Origin: Octopus sinensis
Taxonomy: Eukaryota
Length of the DNA: 51,611 nucleotides
NCBI RefSeq assembly: GCF_006345805.1
Contig: NW_021834215.1
Location: forward strand, 1-51,611
Direction of reading: 5' to 3'
The notes beneath the pieces were generated by a model. It was not told the origin of the DNA. It saw only the letters and a list, made by a program, of their open reading frames with translations, and ran no database searches. Positions 23,737 through 38,360 of the stretch are shown here, in pieces; position 1 is the stretch's first letter, and every line of letters begins with the position of its first letter. Position numbers and translations under genes: made by a program.

Positions 23737-24495
23737 GAATATATCATACATATGAAAATGTACATGAAGGTGTATGTGTTTAGATATTTGTGTGTATGTG
23801 TGGCTTGTATCAGGATGTGTGTGTGTGTGTCTGTGTGCGTATATTTAAATGATCAGTTTTTGTAAGATATCCTAAATTCATTGGTGGTCTCCGTTGGATT
23901 AGCACCAAAAGATTACTTGACATTATGTACAATTATCATTTTCTTGCCTAATTAATGTTAATTAACATCATCTTTACAAATGAAAGATCTCTTTCACTGC
24001 ATTTGCACTCAGGTGGTGAATCGACAAAGTTGATTAGAGTCTCTGATGAAGTGCCTTGTGGTATTTTCTTTCTTTGGTCCCACATCAAAGCTTTTCAAAG
24101 TCAATGCTATTGCCTGTCCTTCTAGTAAGCGTGATAAAAGAAAGTACCAGACGTGTACTGGGGGCTGAGTCTTCTGTTTCTGTCTATCTTTGTCCACCTG
24201 TCATTCTCTTTCTCTTTCTCATTTACTGTGTCACTCTCTCACTCTTCCTCTCTTATATATGTATATATATATATATATATTTATTTTATAGAAGGAGCTT
24301 CTACAGGACTAGAACTGTTTCATTCAAAAGAAATCATCAGGAAGCTGTTTTTTTGAATGAAACAGTTCTAGTCCTGTAGAAGCTCCTTCTATAAAATAAA
24401 TTAATTTACTCTGCTATGTATTGAGTACCTTATTTACTGTGGTTAACCCCGACTCAACCCGGGACCTACACACATATATCTATATATATATATGC

Positions 24496-24528
<33 letters not shown>

Positions 24529-24908
24529 ATATATATAATATATATATATATATATAAATATTATATATAAATATAATATATAATATATATGTAGGTATAT
24601 ATGTATGTATGTATGTATATATATATGTATATATGTATATGATGTATGTATATATATGTATATATTTATATGTATGCATTATATATGTATAAGTATTTAT
24701 ATTATGTATATATATTTATGTATATATATGTATGTACATATGTATGATGTATATAATATATATATATATATATATAATATATATATATGTTGTGGTGTGT
24801 GTGTGTAAGTATGTATGTATGTATGTATGTATATATGTATATGTATGTATATATGTATATTTATGTATATATATATGTATGTACATATGTATGTAGGTAT
24901 ATATATAT

Positions 24909-24951
<43 letters not shown>

Positions 24952-25263
24952 ATGTATATATGTATATGTATGTATATATGTATATGTATGTATATATTAT
25001 GTGTGTGTATATATATGTATGTATTGTATGCATAGTGTTAGGTGTAGTGTACAGACAGATATTGAATATTGAGAAAAAAGGTCACCAGAATTTTGGAAAG
25101 AAAATCTTTTTATTTATTCATTATTGTTATTAGCCCTTTAGTTCGTTTCTTGAACTTGTCAAATTCTATTTGACCATAAACGGAAGTGCTCATAATAATG
25201 AATAAATAATAGGACTTTTTTCCAAAATTCTGGCAACCTTTTTTCTCAATATGTATGTATGTA

Positions 25264-25311
<48 letters not shown>

Positions 25312-25411
25312 TACACACACAAAAGAGACCGATAGAATAAGTACTAGGCTTCCAAAGAATAAGTCCTGGGGTCGATTTGCTCAACTAAAGTAAGAGTGAA
25401 AGAGATATATG

Positions 25412-25442
<31 letters not shown>

Positions 25443-25690
25443 ATAAAATATAGGGAATAAATCCAAATTTACAGGGAAAATCAGATTTAGGATTAAATCC
25501 AATTTTATAGTAAAATATTATATAATATTATTAGAGACAAAACCACTATTTTGCAAAAACAAACAAGACTTAATCAATACATAAAATTTAATAAAATTGA
25601 CTTTTTATTAAAATTTTATGTATTGATTAAGTCTTTCCTTGTTTGTTTTGCAAATAGTGGTTTTGTCTGTAATAATATTATATATATATA

Positions 25691-25736
<46 letters not shown>

Positions 25737-25836
25737 ACATATATATATGTGTATGTATATATACTTACATGAATATATATATATATATAATATAGATATA
25801 TGTATATATGTATGTATATATATGTATATATATGTG

Positions 25837-25904
<68 letters not shown>

Positions 25905-28900
25905 ATATTATATGTATGTATATATATATGTAATGTATATATATATATGTATGTATATATATATAGTATGTATATATATATATGTATGTATATATATATA
26001 TATGTATGTATATATATGTAGGATATATGATGTTATGTGTTAATATATATATATATAATATATAATATGTGTGTGTTGTGTATATATTATGTGTGTGTGT
26101 GTGTTTTTGTCTGTGTTTGTCCCACCACTATTGCTTGACAACTGATGTTGGTTTGTTTTCGTCCATGTAACTTGGCAGTTTGGTAAAAGAGACCGATAGT
26201 ACAGGTGCTACGCTTACAAAGAATAAGTCCTAGGGTTGATTTCTTTGACTAAAGCCCTTTAACCCTTTAACATTTAAACCGGCCGTATCCGGCCCAAATG
26301 GTCTACCTGTTTTATGTTCAAACTGGCCAGATCCAGTCTCTCCCACCCACCCTACAATGTCATTCTAAAATTAAATGATTACATCTTCAAAATCTTGAAG
26401 CTATAAGATAATACGTGATTAATTTTTTAAAATATGGATACATAAACATTACATTTAATAAATTAATCTGAATGCTAAAGGGTTAATTAAGGTGGTGCCC
26501 CAGCATGGCCACAGTCAAATGACTGAAACAAGTAAGAGATTAAAAAAATTCATGTTGTCTCGCCCCAAAATATTTCATAAGCCACTCCAATTATTTCCTT
26601 CCTGCTATTCTGGGTCCCAATGACGGACTATTAAAAGCAAAACATCCACTCTTAACCCTTTCGTTACCAACCCGGCCAAAACCGCCTCTGGCTCTGTAGT
26701 ACAAATGTCTTGTTTTCTTGAGTTTTGAATTAAAATCTTCCACCAAACCTTAGTCACAATTTATGTTCCTAACACTAGCTGAATGATAACCAAGTTATTT
26801 TACTAAATTCTTTGTTATATTTAAAGTAATTGAAAGAAACACAGAGCATCTCAACAGAAGAATGGTAACAAAGGGTTAAGAAGAAAAATAATCAGCAGAA
26901 GACATGAGAGAAGGAGACCTCAATGTGGTCACTCTATATGCTAGAAATAATAGCCTAAGTTTCTTTCAACTGCTTCTAATGTCCATCTGCCCAAATGTAG
27001 AGGTGTTTTTAACCCTTTCAATACCAACCCGGTTGAAACCAGCTCTGGCTCTGTAGTATAAATGTCTAGCTTTTGTAAGTTCTGAATTAAAATCTTCCAC
27101 CAAACCTTAGTCACAATTTATGTTCCTAACACTAGCTTAATGGTAACAAAGTTATTTTACTAAATTCTTTGTTATATTTAAAGTAATTGAAAGAAACACA
27201 GAGCATCTCAACAGAAATTCAGTAATGAAAGGGTTAAGTCTCCTTTACATCTTCCATTCAAATCTTGCCAATGTTGAGTTTGTCCTCCAGCTTTCCAGAG
27301 GTTGATAACATAAATCTTAATGAAATCATTTACATTTGTGGCCCTCATCCATTTCTTTGCTGACCTCATATTTGATCTAAGTGGAGGCGCAATGGCCCAG
27401 TGGTTAGGGCAGCGGATCGCGGTTTCGATTCCCAAACCAGGCGTTGTGAGTGTTTATGGAGCAAAAACACCTAAAAGCTCCACGAGGCTCCAGCAGGGGA
27501 TGGTGGTGATCCCTGCTGTACTCTTTCACCACAACTTTCTCTCACTCTTACTTCCTGTATTTCAAAGGGCCGGCCTTGTCACTCTCTGTGTCACACTGAA
27601 TATCCCCGAGAACTACGTTAAGGGTACACGTGTCTGTGGAGTGCTCAGCCACTTACACGTTAATTTCACAAGCAGGCTGTTCCATTGATCAGATCAACCG
27701 GAACCCTCATCGTCGTAACCGACGAAGTGCATCCATCCATCCATTTGATCTAAATGTTTATTTGCAACACTGCTTTCACACGTCTGCTGTGATATTTTGT
27801 TTAACTGGGGCTGACTTTGCACGTGATCAGCTCATGTTTGCTGACTGATTTAGTCTGCTAATTAGGTCTCTTCATGCCATGACTGGAGCTGGTAAGGCCA
27901 AGGGCCGTGGCAAACTCCATTGCCTGTTTTGGCATGGTTTCTATGGCTGTATGCCCTCCTTGATGCCAACCAATGTGCTGGGTGCATTAACCGCTGCTGG
28001 TGTGTTTACGTCCCTGTAACTTAACGGTTCGGCAACAGAGACCGATAGAATAAGTCCTGGGGGTCGATTTGCTCGACTAAAGGCGGTGCTCCAGCATAGC
28101 CGCAGTCAAATGACTGAAACAAGTAAAAGAGACGATAGAATAAGTACTAGGCTTACAAAGAATAAGTCCCGGGGTCGAGTTGCTCGACTAAAGGCGGTGC
28201 TCCAGCATGGCCGCAGTCAAATGACTGAAACAAGTAAAAGAGACCGATAGAATAAGTACTAGGCTTACAAAGAATAAGTCCAGGGGTCGAGTTGCTCGAC
28301 TAAAAGGCGGTGCTCCAGCATGGCCGCAGTCAAATGACTGAAACAAGTAAAAGAGACCGATAGAATAAGTACTAGGCTTACAAAGAATAAGTCCTGGGGT
28401 CGAGTTGCTCGACTAAAGGCGGTGCTCCAGCATGGCCACAGTCAAATGGCTGAAACAAATATATCTATATATATAAAACTGTAGTTGTGTGAGTGTCTGT
28501 CCCCTTCGATTTAGATTCCTAACTACTCCCACATTTTGCGATGCAGTTTAACCAAATTCGGGTATCTTATAGTTGTGATTCATATCGAGCCCGTCTGGCT
28601 ATTAGCGCACGTCTACGATGAGTCTACGATTTTAAAAATAATTTAACATCATTTTTTATTCCATTTTAATGCATAATTTTTCGTGTGTCGATGGCGGCGG
28701 AGTTGGCGTCCATGGTCACACCTGCACCTGTGTTGCTTCTTCTCCCCCTTCTTCCCTCCCTCGTGAAGCTGTGGGGAAGGGAGTGTAGGAAATCAACGTC
28801 GTAAGCGTTGTCAAGGAGACCAGCGTTCTTTTAGAACAACGACTTCATGGCTTGAAGACCCCAAAACAGAAATGGCTAAGAAAGCCTGAATTGGCATCTA

Positions 28901-31900
28901 TAAGGGAAGTAACTCTCTAAAAATGCTTATATAGTTATTTCCCTTACAAACCCGAGCAACGCCGGGCAATACTGCTAGTAAAAGAATAAAAGAAAACAAG
29001 ATCAAAGCAGAAATAAAAAGAACTTACACTTCAAGGAAACGTTCTGATTGAAAAAACCAAGTGCGGAAAGGTCCACATTTAGTTTCTTATCTTGGATCTT
29101 CTCAATCTTCCCTTCAGCAACCCATTGCTTCGATGGGGTATATATCTCAAATTTAGGAGTCCATTTCACCACTTGTTTGGCCCTGGTCTTCAGCATTGTC
29201 AATGAAGCTCCATACTTGTCGATTTTTTGGTTCTTATAATCCATTTGGAATTCACCAGAGAGTTGGAAATCTGGCATTGCTCCTGATTTGCCTGTTGAAT
29301 AAAGAATATTTGGAAATGTTTTTAGAAGTTTTAAAAACAAAAATTTTTAATTTAGTTTAATAGCAATGGACGAAGTTCTGCCAATAACAGGTGTCCTGGA
29401 AGTTTTCTAATATTATGGTTTTTGGGTGCTATGTGTGTATGTATACTCTTTACTCTTTTACTTGTTTCAGTCATTTGACTGCGGCCATGCTGGAGCACCA
29501 CCTTTAGTTGAGCAAATCGACCCCGGGACTTATTCTTTGTAAGCCCAGTACTTATTCTATCAGTCTCTTTTGCCGAACCGCTAAGTGACGGGGACGTAAA
29601 CACACCAGCATCGGTTGTCAAGCAATGCTAAGGCGACAAACACAGACACACAAACATATACACACACACTTATATATATATATACATATATACGACAGGC
29701 TTCTTTCAGTTTCCGTCTACCAAATCCACTCACAAGGCATTGGTCGGCCCGAGGCTATAGTAGAAGACACTTGCCCAGGGTGCCACGCAGTGGGACTGAA
29801 CCCGGAACCATGTGGTTGGTTAGCAAGCTACTTACCACACAGCCACTCCTGCGCCTATGTGTGTATATGTTTGTATGCTTCTATGTATGTATGATCGTTA
29901 CCAGCGTCGCCTTACTGGCACTTGTGCCCGTGCTAGTAGGGTGCCAAAAGCACCATCTGAGTGTGATCGTTGCCACAACAGCCAACTGGCTTCCGTACCC
30001 GTGGCACATAAAAGAGCACCATTCGAGCATGATCGTTACCAACGTCGCTTCACTGGCACCTGTGCTGGTGGCACGTGTAAAAGGATTCAGGCGAGGTCAT
30101 TGCAAGTACCATCTGACTGGCCCCCATGCCGGTGGCACGTAAAAAGCACCCATTACACTCTCGGAGTGGTTGGCATTAGGAAGGGCATCCAGCTGTAGAA
30201 ACTCTGCCAGATCAAGATTGGAGCCTGGTGCAGCCATCTGGTTTGCCAGTCCTCAGTCAAAATCGTCCAACCCATGCTAGCATGGAAAGCGGACGTTAAA
30301 CAGTGATGATGATGATGTATCTGTGTGTATGGTTGTATGCTTCTATGTATGTATGTATGTATGTATGTGTGCATGTATACTTGATGTATGTACATATGTA
30401 AGCATTTATGTATGCTTGTATGTATGAACCATCATCATCATCATCGTTTAACGTCCGCTTTCCATGCTAGCATGGGTTGGACGATTTTGACTGAGGGCTG
30501 GCGAACCAGATGGCGGTTGCACCAGGCTCCAATCTGATCTGGCAGAGTTTCCTCAGCTGGATGCCCTTCCTAATGCCAACCAATCCGAGAGTGTAGTGGA
30601 CGCTTTTTACGTGCCACCGGCACGAGGCCCACTCAAGCGGTACTTGCAATGGCCACGCACAAATGGTGCTTTTTAGGTGCCGCCCACACAGGAGTCAGTC
30701 TAGCGGCACTGGCAACAACCTCGCTCATATGTGCATATGCTTGTATGCATGCATGTACGTATGTACGTGTGTGTGTATGTATGTATGTATGTATGTACGT
30801 ATGTAAGCATGTATGTAAGCATGTATGTATGTATGTTTATATATATGCATGTTTGTATGTATTTATGTGTGTATACTCTTTTTCTCTTTTAACTCTTTTT
30901 TTCTTGTTTCAGTCATTTGACTGCGGCCATGCTGGAGCACCACCTTTAGTCGAGCAACTCGACTCCGGGACTTATTCTTTGTAAGCCCAGTACTTATTCT
31001 ATCGGTCTCTTTTGCCGAACCGCTAAGTGACGGGGATGTAAACACACCAGCATCGGTTGTCAAGCAATGCTAGGGGGACAAACACAGACACCGAAGCACA
31101 TACACACACACTTATATTATATATATATATATACATATATACAACAGGCTTCTTTCAGTTTCTGTCTACCAAATCCACTCACAAGGCATTGGTTGGCCCG
31201 GGGCTATAGCAGAAGACACTTGCCCAAGATACCACGCAGTGGGACTGAACCCGGAACCATGTGGTTGGTTAGCAAGCTACTTACCACACAGCCACTCCTG
31301 CGCCTATAAATGTATGCCATGTATGCTTGTATACATACATGTATGTATGTACGTATGTATGTATGTATCGCTCTCTTTTGCCAAACCGCTATGTTATACT
31401 ATGTGGCACCTTCAACAAGTGTCTTTGGTGATAGCTCTAAATCTGAGGTTCTCAACAACTTCTAGAGAAAACAGCCAGGTTAGAGAAAGAAACCTGTTTC
31501 TTACAATACATACCAATACATACATCTAAAGCAGGGGATCTCAACCATTTTTTTTATCTCTGGACCCCTTTTAATCGACCCCAGGACTTATTCTTTGTAA
31601 GTCCTGGGGTCGATTTCCTTGACTAAAGGCAGTGCTCCAGCATGGCCGCAGTCAAATGATTGAAACAAGTAAAAGAGTAAAAGAACGATAATATTGGCTT
31701 CAAATTTTGGCACAAGGCCAGCAATTTTGAGGTGGGGCTAAGTCAATCACATCAGCCCCTGTGCATAACTGGTACTTGTTTTATTGACCCTGAAAGGATG
31801 AAAAGAATGTAAAGACAGCCAAAGGACCCCTAAATATTTCCCTGGTGAGCTAACGACTCTGCCAGCTCGTTACCTCAAAGACAAGAAAAATTTTAATTAA

Positions 31901-34900
31901 AAGGAATAAAGGAACAGACAATGGGATCGTGGATACAACAGAAAAGTTTCTACTGACCTGTAAATGTTAACTTTCTCCATGGGGAATCAATTTCAATGTG
32001 TGCATCAGTCTGGCCTATGTCCACCTCGGCTGATATTTTCCGGTTTGTTTTCGAGTCGGGGGTGTCAATGTGGAATCCGAACTTTTGTGCCTGATGTAAA
32101 CAGTGAGAGAAAGAGTGAGTGAGTGAGGAAGGGAGGAAGGAAGGGAGGAGAAAGAGAGATTGAGAGAGTGAGGAAGGAAAGAAGGAAGGGAGAGAGTGAG
32201 GAAGGAAGGAAGGAGAAAGAGAGAGAGTGAGTGAGGAAGAGAAGAAGGAAGGAAGGCGAAAGAGAGAGAGAGTGAGGAAGGGAGGGAGGAGAAAGAGAGA
32301 GAGTGAGTGAATGAGGAAGGAAGGAAGGAGAAAGAGAGAGAGTGAGTGAATGAGGAAGGAAGGAAAGAGAAAGAGAGAGTGAGTGAGTGAGGAAGGGAGG
32401 AAGGAAGGAAGGAGAAAGAGAGAGTGAGTGAGGAAGGAAAGAAGGAAGGAAGGAAGGAGAAAGAGAGAGAGAGAGTGAGGAAGGAAGGAAAGAGAAAGAG
32501 AGAGAGAGTGAGGAAGGAAAGAAGGAAGGAGAAAGAGAGAAAGAGAGAGAGAGAGAGAGAAAAGATAATTATTGCAATTAGAGAGTAGCACCAAACTCTG
32601 ATGAGGATGAATGCTGAATTAAACAGTCATAACGTGAGTCAAATATCAACATTGTCATCGTCATCATCATCATCACCACCACAACCATCATTATTATCAT
32701 AACTATCATCATCATCATCATTATCATCATCTTCATCTTCATTCTATCCTTCTTCCTCCTCCCCCACCTCATTGTTAGCATCATCATCATCATCACCATC
32801 ACACTCATCACCGTTATCACCATTACAATCATCATCATCGTCGTTGTCGTCGTCATCATCGTCATCGTTGTCATAGTCATCCTCTTTCTCCTCCTCCTCC
32901 TCATCAAAAAATGCGTGTAGGAGCTCATACATACATACTTACAAGCATACATGCATACATACAAGTATACACACACACTTGTATAATACTTACATACACA
33001 CATACATACTACATACATACATACATGCATACATACATACATGCATACATACATACAAGCATACATACATACATACATACATACATACATACATACATAC
33101 ATACATACATACATACATACATACAAGCATACATGCATACATGCATACATACAAGTATACACACACATACATACATACTTACATACATACACACATAAAT
33201 ACAAGCGTACACACACACGCACACACGCACTTCTGCACACACACATGATGGGCTTCTCCACAGTTTCCATCGCCCAAATTCATTCCCATGACACCGGTCA
33301 GCTTCAAACTATAAAAACAAAGACACTCGTCGTCATCATCGTCATCGTTTTCATAGTCATCCTCTTTCTCCTCCTCCTCCTCATCAAAAAATGCGTGTAG
33401 GAGCTCATACATACATACTTACAAGCATACATGCATACATACAAGTATACACACACACTTGTATAATACTTACATACACACATACATACTACATACATAC
33501 ATACATGCATACATACATACATACATACATACATACAAGCATACAAGCATACATACATACATACAAGTATACACACACTTGCATAATACTTACATACATA
33601 CAAGCATACAAGCATACATGCATACATACAAGTATACACACACACTTGATAATACTTAAACACACATACATACTACTACATACATACATACATGCATACA
33701 TACATACAAGCATACATACATACATACATACATACATACATACATACATACAAGCATACAAGCATACATGCATACATACAAGTATACACACACTTGCATA
33801 ATACTTACATACATACAAGCATACAAGCATACATGCATACATACAAGTATACACACACACTTGTATAATACTTACATACACACATACATACTACATACAT
33901 ACATACATGCATACATACATACAAGCATACATACATACATACATACATACATACATACAACATACATACAAGCATACAAGCATACATGCATACATACAAG
34001 TATACACACACTTGTATAATACTTACATACACACATACATACTACATACATACATACATGCATACATACATACATACACACATACATACGTACATACATA
34101 CATACATACATACATACATACATACATACATACATACATACAAGCATACATGCATACATGCATACAACAAGTATACACACACATACATACATACATACTT
34201 ACATACATACACACACAATCACTTCAAGCGTACACACACACGCACCACACTCACACTCCTGCCCACACATGATGGGCTTCTCCACAGTTTCCATCGCCCA
34301 AATTCATTCCCATGACACCGGTCAGCTTCAAACTATAAAAACAAAGACACTCGCCCTAAGCGCCTACACGCAGTGGTATACAACCGAAGACTCCCCTAAT
34401 TTGGAACCAAATCACTTGGCCACACACACACACCAGCCATGCTTATACAGAACCCATCACATGGCCGAAGGTCACAGAGGTCCTTTTTTTTTTTGTCCCA
34501 TTTTCTTCAAGGGTCGCATAAACATACCTCCAAACATACCTGTATAAGTTTGGCTTCCATGCGATATCCTTTTGGTAAATCTTTGTTGGAGACATCTAGC
34601 TTCAAGACCATGGGCCCAGTCAGTGGGAAGAATGGTGATTGCTTCTCCGTCGATGCATTGGAATATTGCACCTGCATGCACACCTCTAGGCCGGTGATCT
34701 TGCCAAAGGCTGCACTTGTGCACTTTGACTTGTTCGTTGAGTTCTTTTGGATCATTTTCTGCTTCTCTTCGGTCTTTCGATGGACAATGAAGAAATCAGA
34801 CCTAAGGAAGGAAAAATTTACAGAATATATATATATATAAAATTCAAGTTGTGTGTGTGAGAGTCTGTCTCCTACGATTTAGATTCCTAACTACTCCCAC

Positions 34901-35234
34901 ATTTTGCGGTGCAGTTTAACCAAAACCGGGTATCTTATAGTCGTGATTCATATCGAGCCCTTCTGGGTATTAGCGCACGTCTACGATGAGTCTAAGATTT
35001 AAAAAAAAATTTACCATCATTTTTCCGCATTTTTAAAAGGCCTCAAAACACATTTTTAGATCCACAAAGATCAGAACTTATCTGCAGCTCTTGGTGGTCC
35101 AAATCAGATATGCAATCTATGTGGGTGTCTTTTCAAAACATTGTCTGCTTTAAAAAGCCACATCAGATGCCATGATGGTTCTAAGGTGTAAGTACGAGAG
35201 GTGGTCAGGCTCTGTATAAGGAAAGACAACCACC

Positions 35235-35268
<34 letters not shown>

Positions 35269-36096
35269 GGAGAGAGAGCAATAAGAAAATGGAGGCAGAC
35301 GAGTGTTACTTCTAGTATGTATGTATATATGTATATATATATATGTACCTGTGTTGGTGGCACGTAAAAAGCACCCACTGCACTCATGGAGTGGTTGGGG
35401 TTAGGAAGGGCATCCAGCTGTAGAAACACTGCCAGATCAGACTGGAGTCTGGTGCAGCCTCCATGGCTTCCCAGACCCTGTTGAACCGTCCAACCCATGC
35501 TAGCACGGAAAACGGTAATTTGGTACGATCGTTTCACGCTACATCATTTTATTAAATATTGTAAGTATATATATATATGTGTGTGTACATGTGTGTGTAT
35601 ATGAGTGGGTAAGTATATGTGTGCATGATGGTGATGATGAAGCTGATGACAAAGACAAAGATGGCTTGCTTTCCAACTTACTTCACATTAATCACTTCCA
35701 TCTTGTTCTTGGGCAGCTCCAAGGACGACATCACGATTTGCCTGTCTTTCATGCTGAAGGTCACCTTTACTGCTGTGTTGGTGTGGGCCACTGTGGTCAT
35801 CCGTACGCCTGCCTTTGAGGCAAATGCATCTACACTCATTTCACCGGTGACATCAATTGCAGCACTAACGAGAACAAGATAATGAGATATTTTAATTACA
35901 GTTAACAAAATATGAATTATTAGGTATCAGAATATAACAATGAAATTCTGTGCATATAAATAATTATGTTTAACGTCAATGAAACGGCTGTCGAGTACAT
36001 TATAGACTGTATGCGTAAAATTTATACGTTTCTGATGAAATTCTGTTTATTCAGGAAATGATATCTGTACTGAGATGTCCTTTAAATTTTACCATC

Positions 36097-36129
<33 letters not shown>

Positions 36130-36133
36130 ATTA

Positions 36134-36166
<33 letters not shown>

Positions 36167-37270
36167 TTACTATTATATTATTATTATTATTATTATTATT
36201 ACTATTATTATATTATTATTATTATTATTATCAATTATTATATATTATCATTATTATTTATTTAGTATTATTATTATCATTATTATTATTATCAATTATT
36301 ATTATATATTATTATTATATTATATTATTATATTATTATTATTATTATTAGATTATATTATATTATTATTATTATTATTATATTATTATTATTATTATTA
36401 CTATTATTATTGAGTGAGAGAGCAGTGCATGCATCAAAGTGACACTGGGGTAAAATATACGAAGCCCAATATACCCATCATGACTACCGTCTGATAAAGG
36501 TACACCAGGCACATGCCATCACAACCATATGTGCGCGACATGGTGATCTCATATCAAGATAAAAAGCACATGACCTTGCAGGTGGGGCCCAGTTAGAATT
36601 TCCTTCAGGTTGAGTAGCCATCCCGCTCAAAAGGTCCCTGAATAAGGGTTGTTTAAGGATGTTGAAAGAACCACCCATGTTTCCAGAGGTGAACTATTCA
36701 AACCCCAAAGAATCCCTCTCAACACATGGCTATGATGCTCCCCCACTACTTCTGCTCGTGATGATCGAGATGCACATATCGTCAGCCACTAAGGGACATG
36801 CTCAACTGGTTAAGGTCAAACAACTGACAAGCAAATCTGTGGTATTGAGCAGAATATTTGCTGTAGCCCATCTTTTATACCAAGACAAAACAATGTACCT
36901 GATAACACTTCCAATCAGTTAAGATCAGAAGCCATGAGAGCCACTGCCTGGTACTGCAAGGGCATTATTATTTATTATTATTATTTATCATTATTATTAT
37001 TATCATTATTATATTATTATTATCATTATTATTATATTATTATTATTATTATTATTTATTATTATTATTATTATTATATTATTATTATTATTATCATCAT
37101 TATTATTATTATTATATATTATTATTATTATTATCATATTATTATTATTATTATTATCATTATATTATTATTATTATTATTATTATTATCATCATTATTA
37201 TTATATTATTATTATTATTATCATCATTATTATATTATTATTATTATTATTATTATATATTATATCATTC

Positions 37271-37306
<36 letters not shown>

Positions 37307-37727
37307 TATTATTATTATACATTATTATTATTATTATTATTTCATTATTATTATTATTATTATTATTGTTATTATTATTATATTATTATTATTATTATTA
37401 TTATTATCATTATTATTATTATTATTATTATCATATTATTATTATTAGTATTATTATATTATTGTTATTATTATTATTATTATCATTATTATTATTATTA
37501 TTATTATTGTTATTATTATATTATTATTATCATTATTATTATTATTATTATTATTATGATTATTATTATTATTATTACATTATTATTATTATTATTTATT
37601 ATTATTATTGTTATTATTATTATTATATTATTATTATATTATTATTATTATTATTATTATATTATCATTATTATTATTAGTGTTATTATTATTATTATAT
37701 ATATTATTATTATCATTATTATTATTA

Positions 37728-37758
<31 letters not shown>

Positions 37759-37820
37759 CATTATTATTATTATTGTTATGATTATTATTATTATTATATT
37801 ATCATTATTATTATTATTGT

Positions 37821-37852
<32 letters not shown>

Positions 37853-38329
37853 ATTATTATTGTTATTATTATATTATTATTATTATTATTATTATATTAG
37901 TATTATTATATTATTATTATTATTATTATCTATTATTATTATTGTTATTATTTATTATTATTATTATTATTGTTATTCTTATTATTATATTATTATTATC
38001 ATTATTATTATTATTGTTATTATTATTATTATTATTATTATTGTTTTATTATTATTATATATTATTATTATCATTATTATTATTATGTTATTATTATTGT
38101 TATTATTATTATTATTATTATTATCATTATTATTATTATTTTCTTATGTTATTATTATTATTATTATTATCTATGTTATTATTATTCTATTATATTATTC
38201 TTATTCATTATTATTATTATTGTTATTATTATTATTATTATTATCATTATTATTATTCTGTTATTATTCTTATTATTATTATTATTATTATTATCATTAT
38301 TATTATTATTATTATCATTATTATTATTA

Positions 38330-38360
<31 letters not shown>

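Noticed and set aside
24009-24121. Possible exon [11 protein letters not shown]...
   Set aside because: Joining after exon 8 creates TAA; it ends in a stop with no donor.
25130-25192. Protein-like [20 protein letters not shown] as an extra exon
   Set aside because: No pyrimidine tract or GT donor, phase incompatible, and exons 8 and 9 already join in frame.
27240-27376. Open frame SNMRSAKKW... after a TAG
   Set aside because: No usable donor, wrong phase, and it runs into a MITE.
27383-27450. Functional tRNA genes at SINE heads (also 44106, 51176)
   Set aside because: No complete cloverleaf; they continue into SINE bodies.
34520-34540. Duplicated donor GTATGTTT 11 nt downstream of exon 6
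   Set aside because: Use would frameshift; too short to separate from chance slippage.
36030-36065. CTGATGA...GAAA as a further hammerhead
   Set aside because: Stem II only about 3 bp, with no stem I or valid cleavage triplet.
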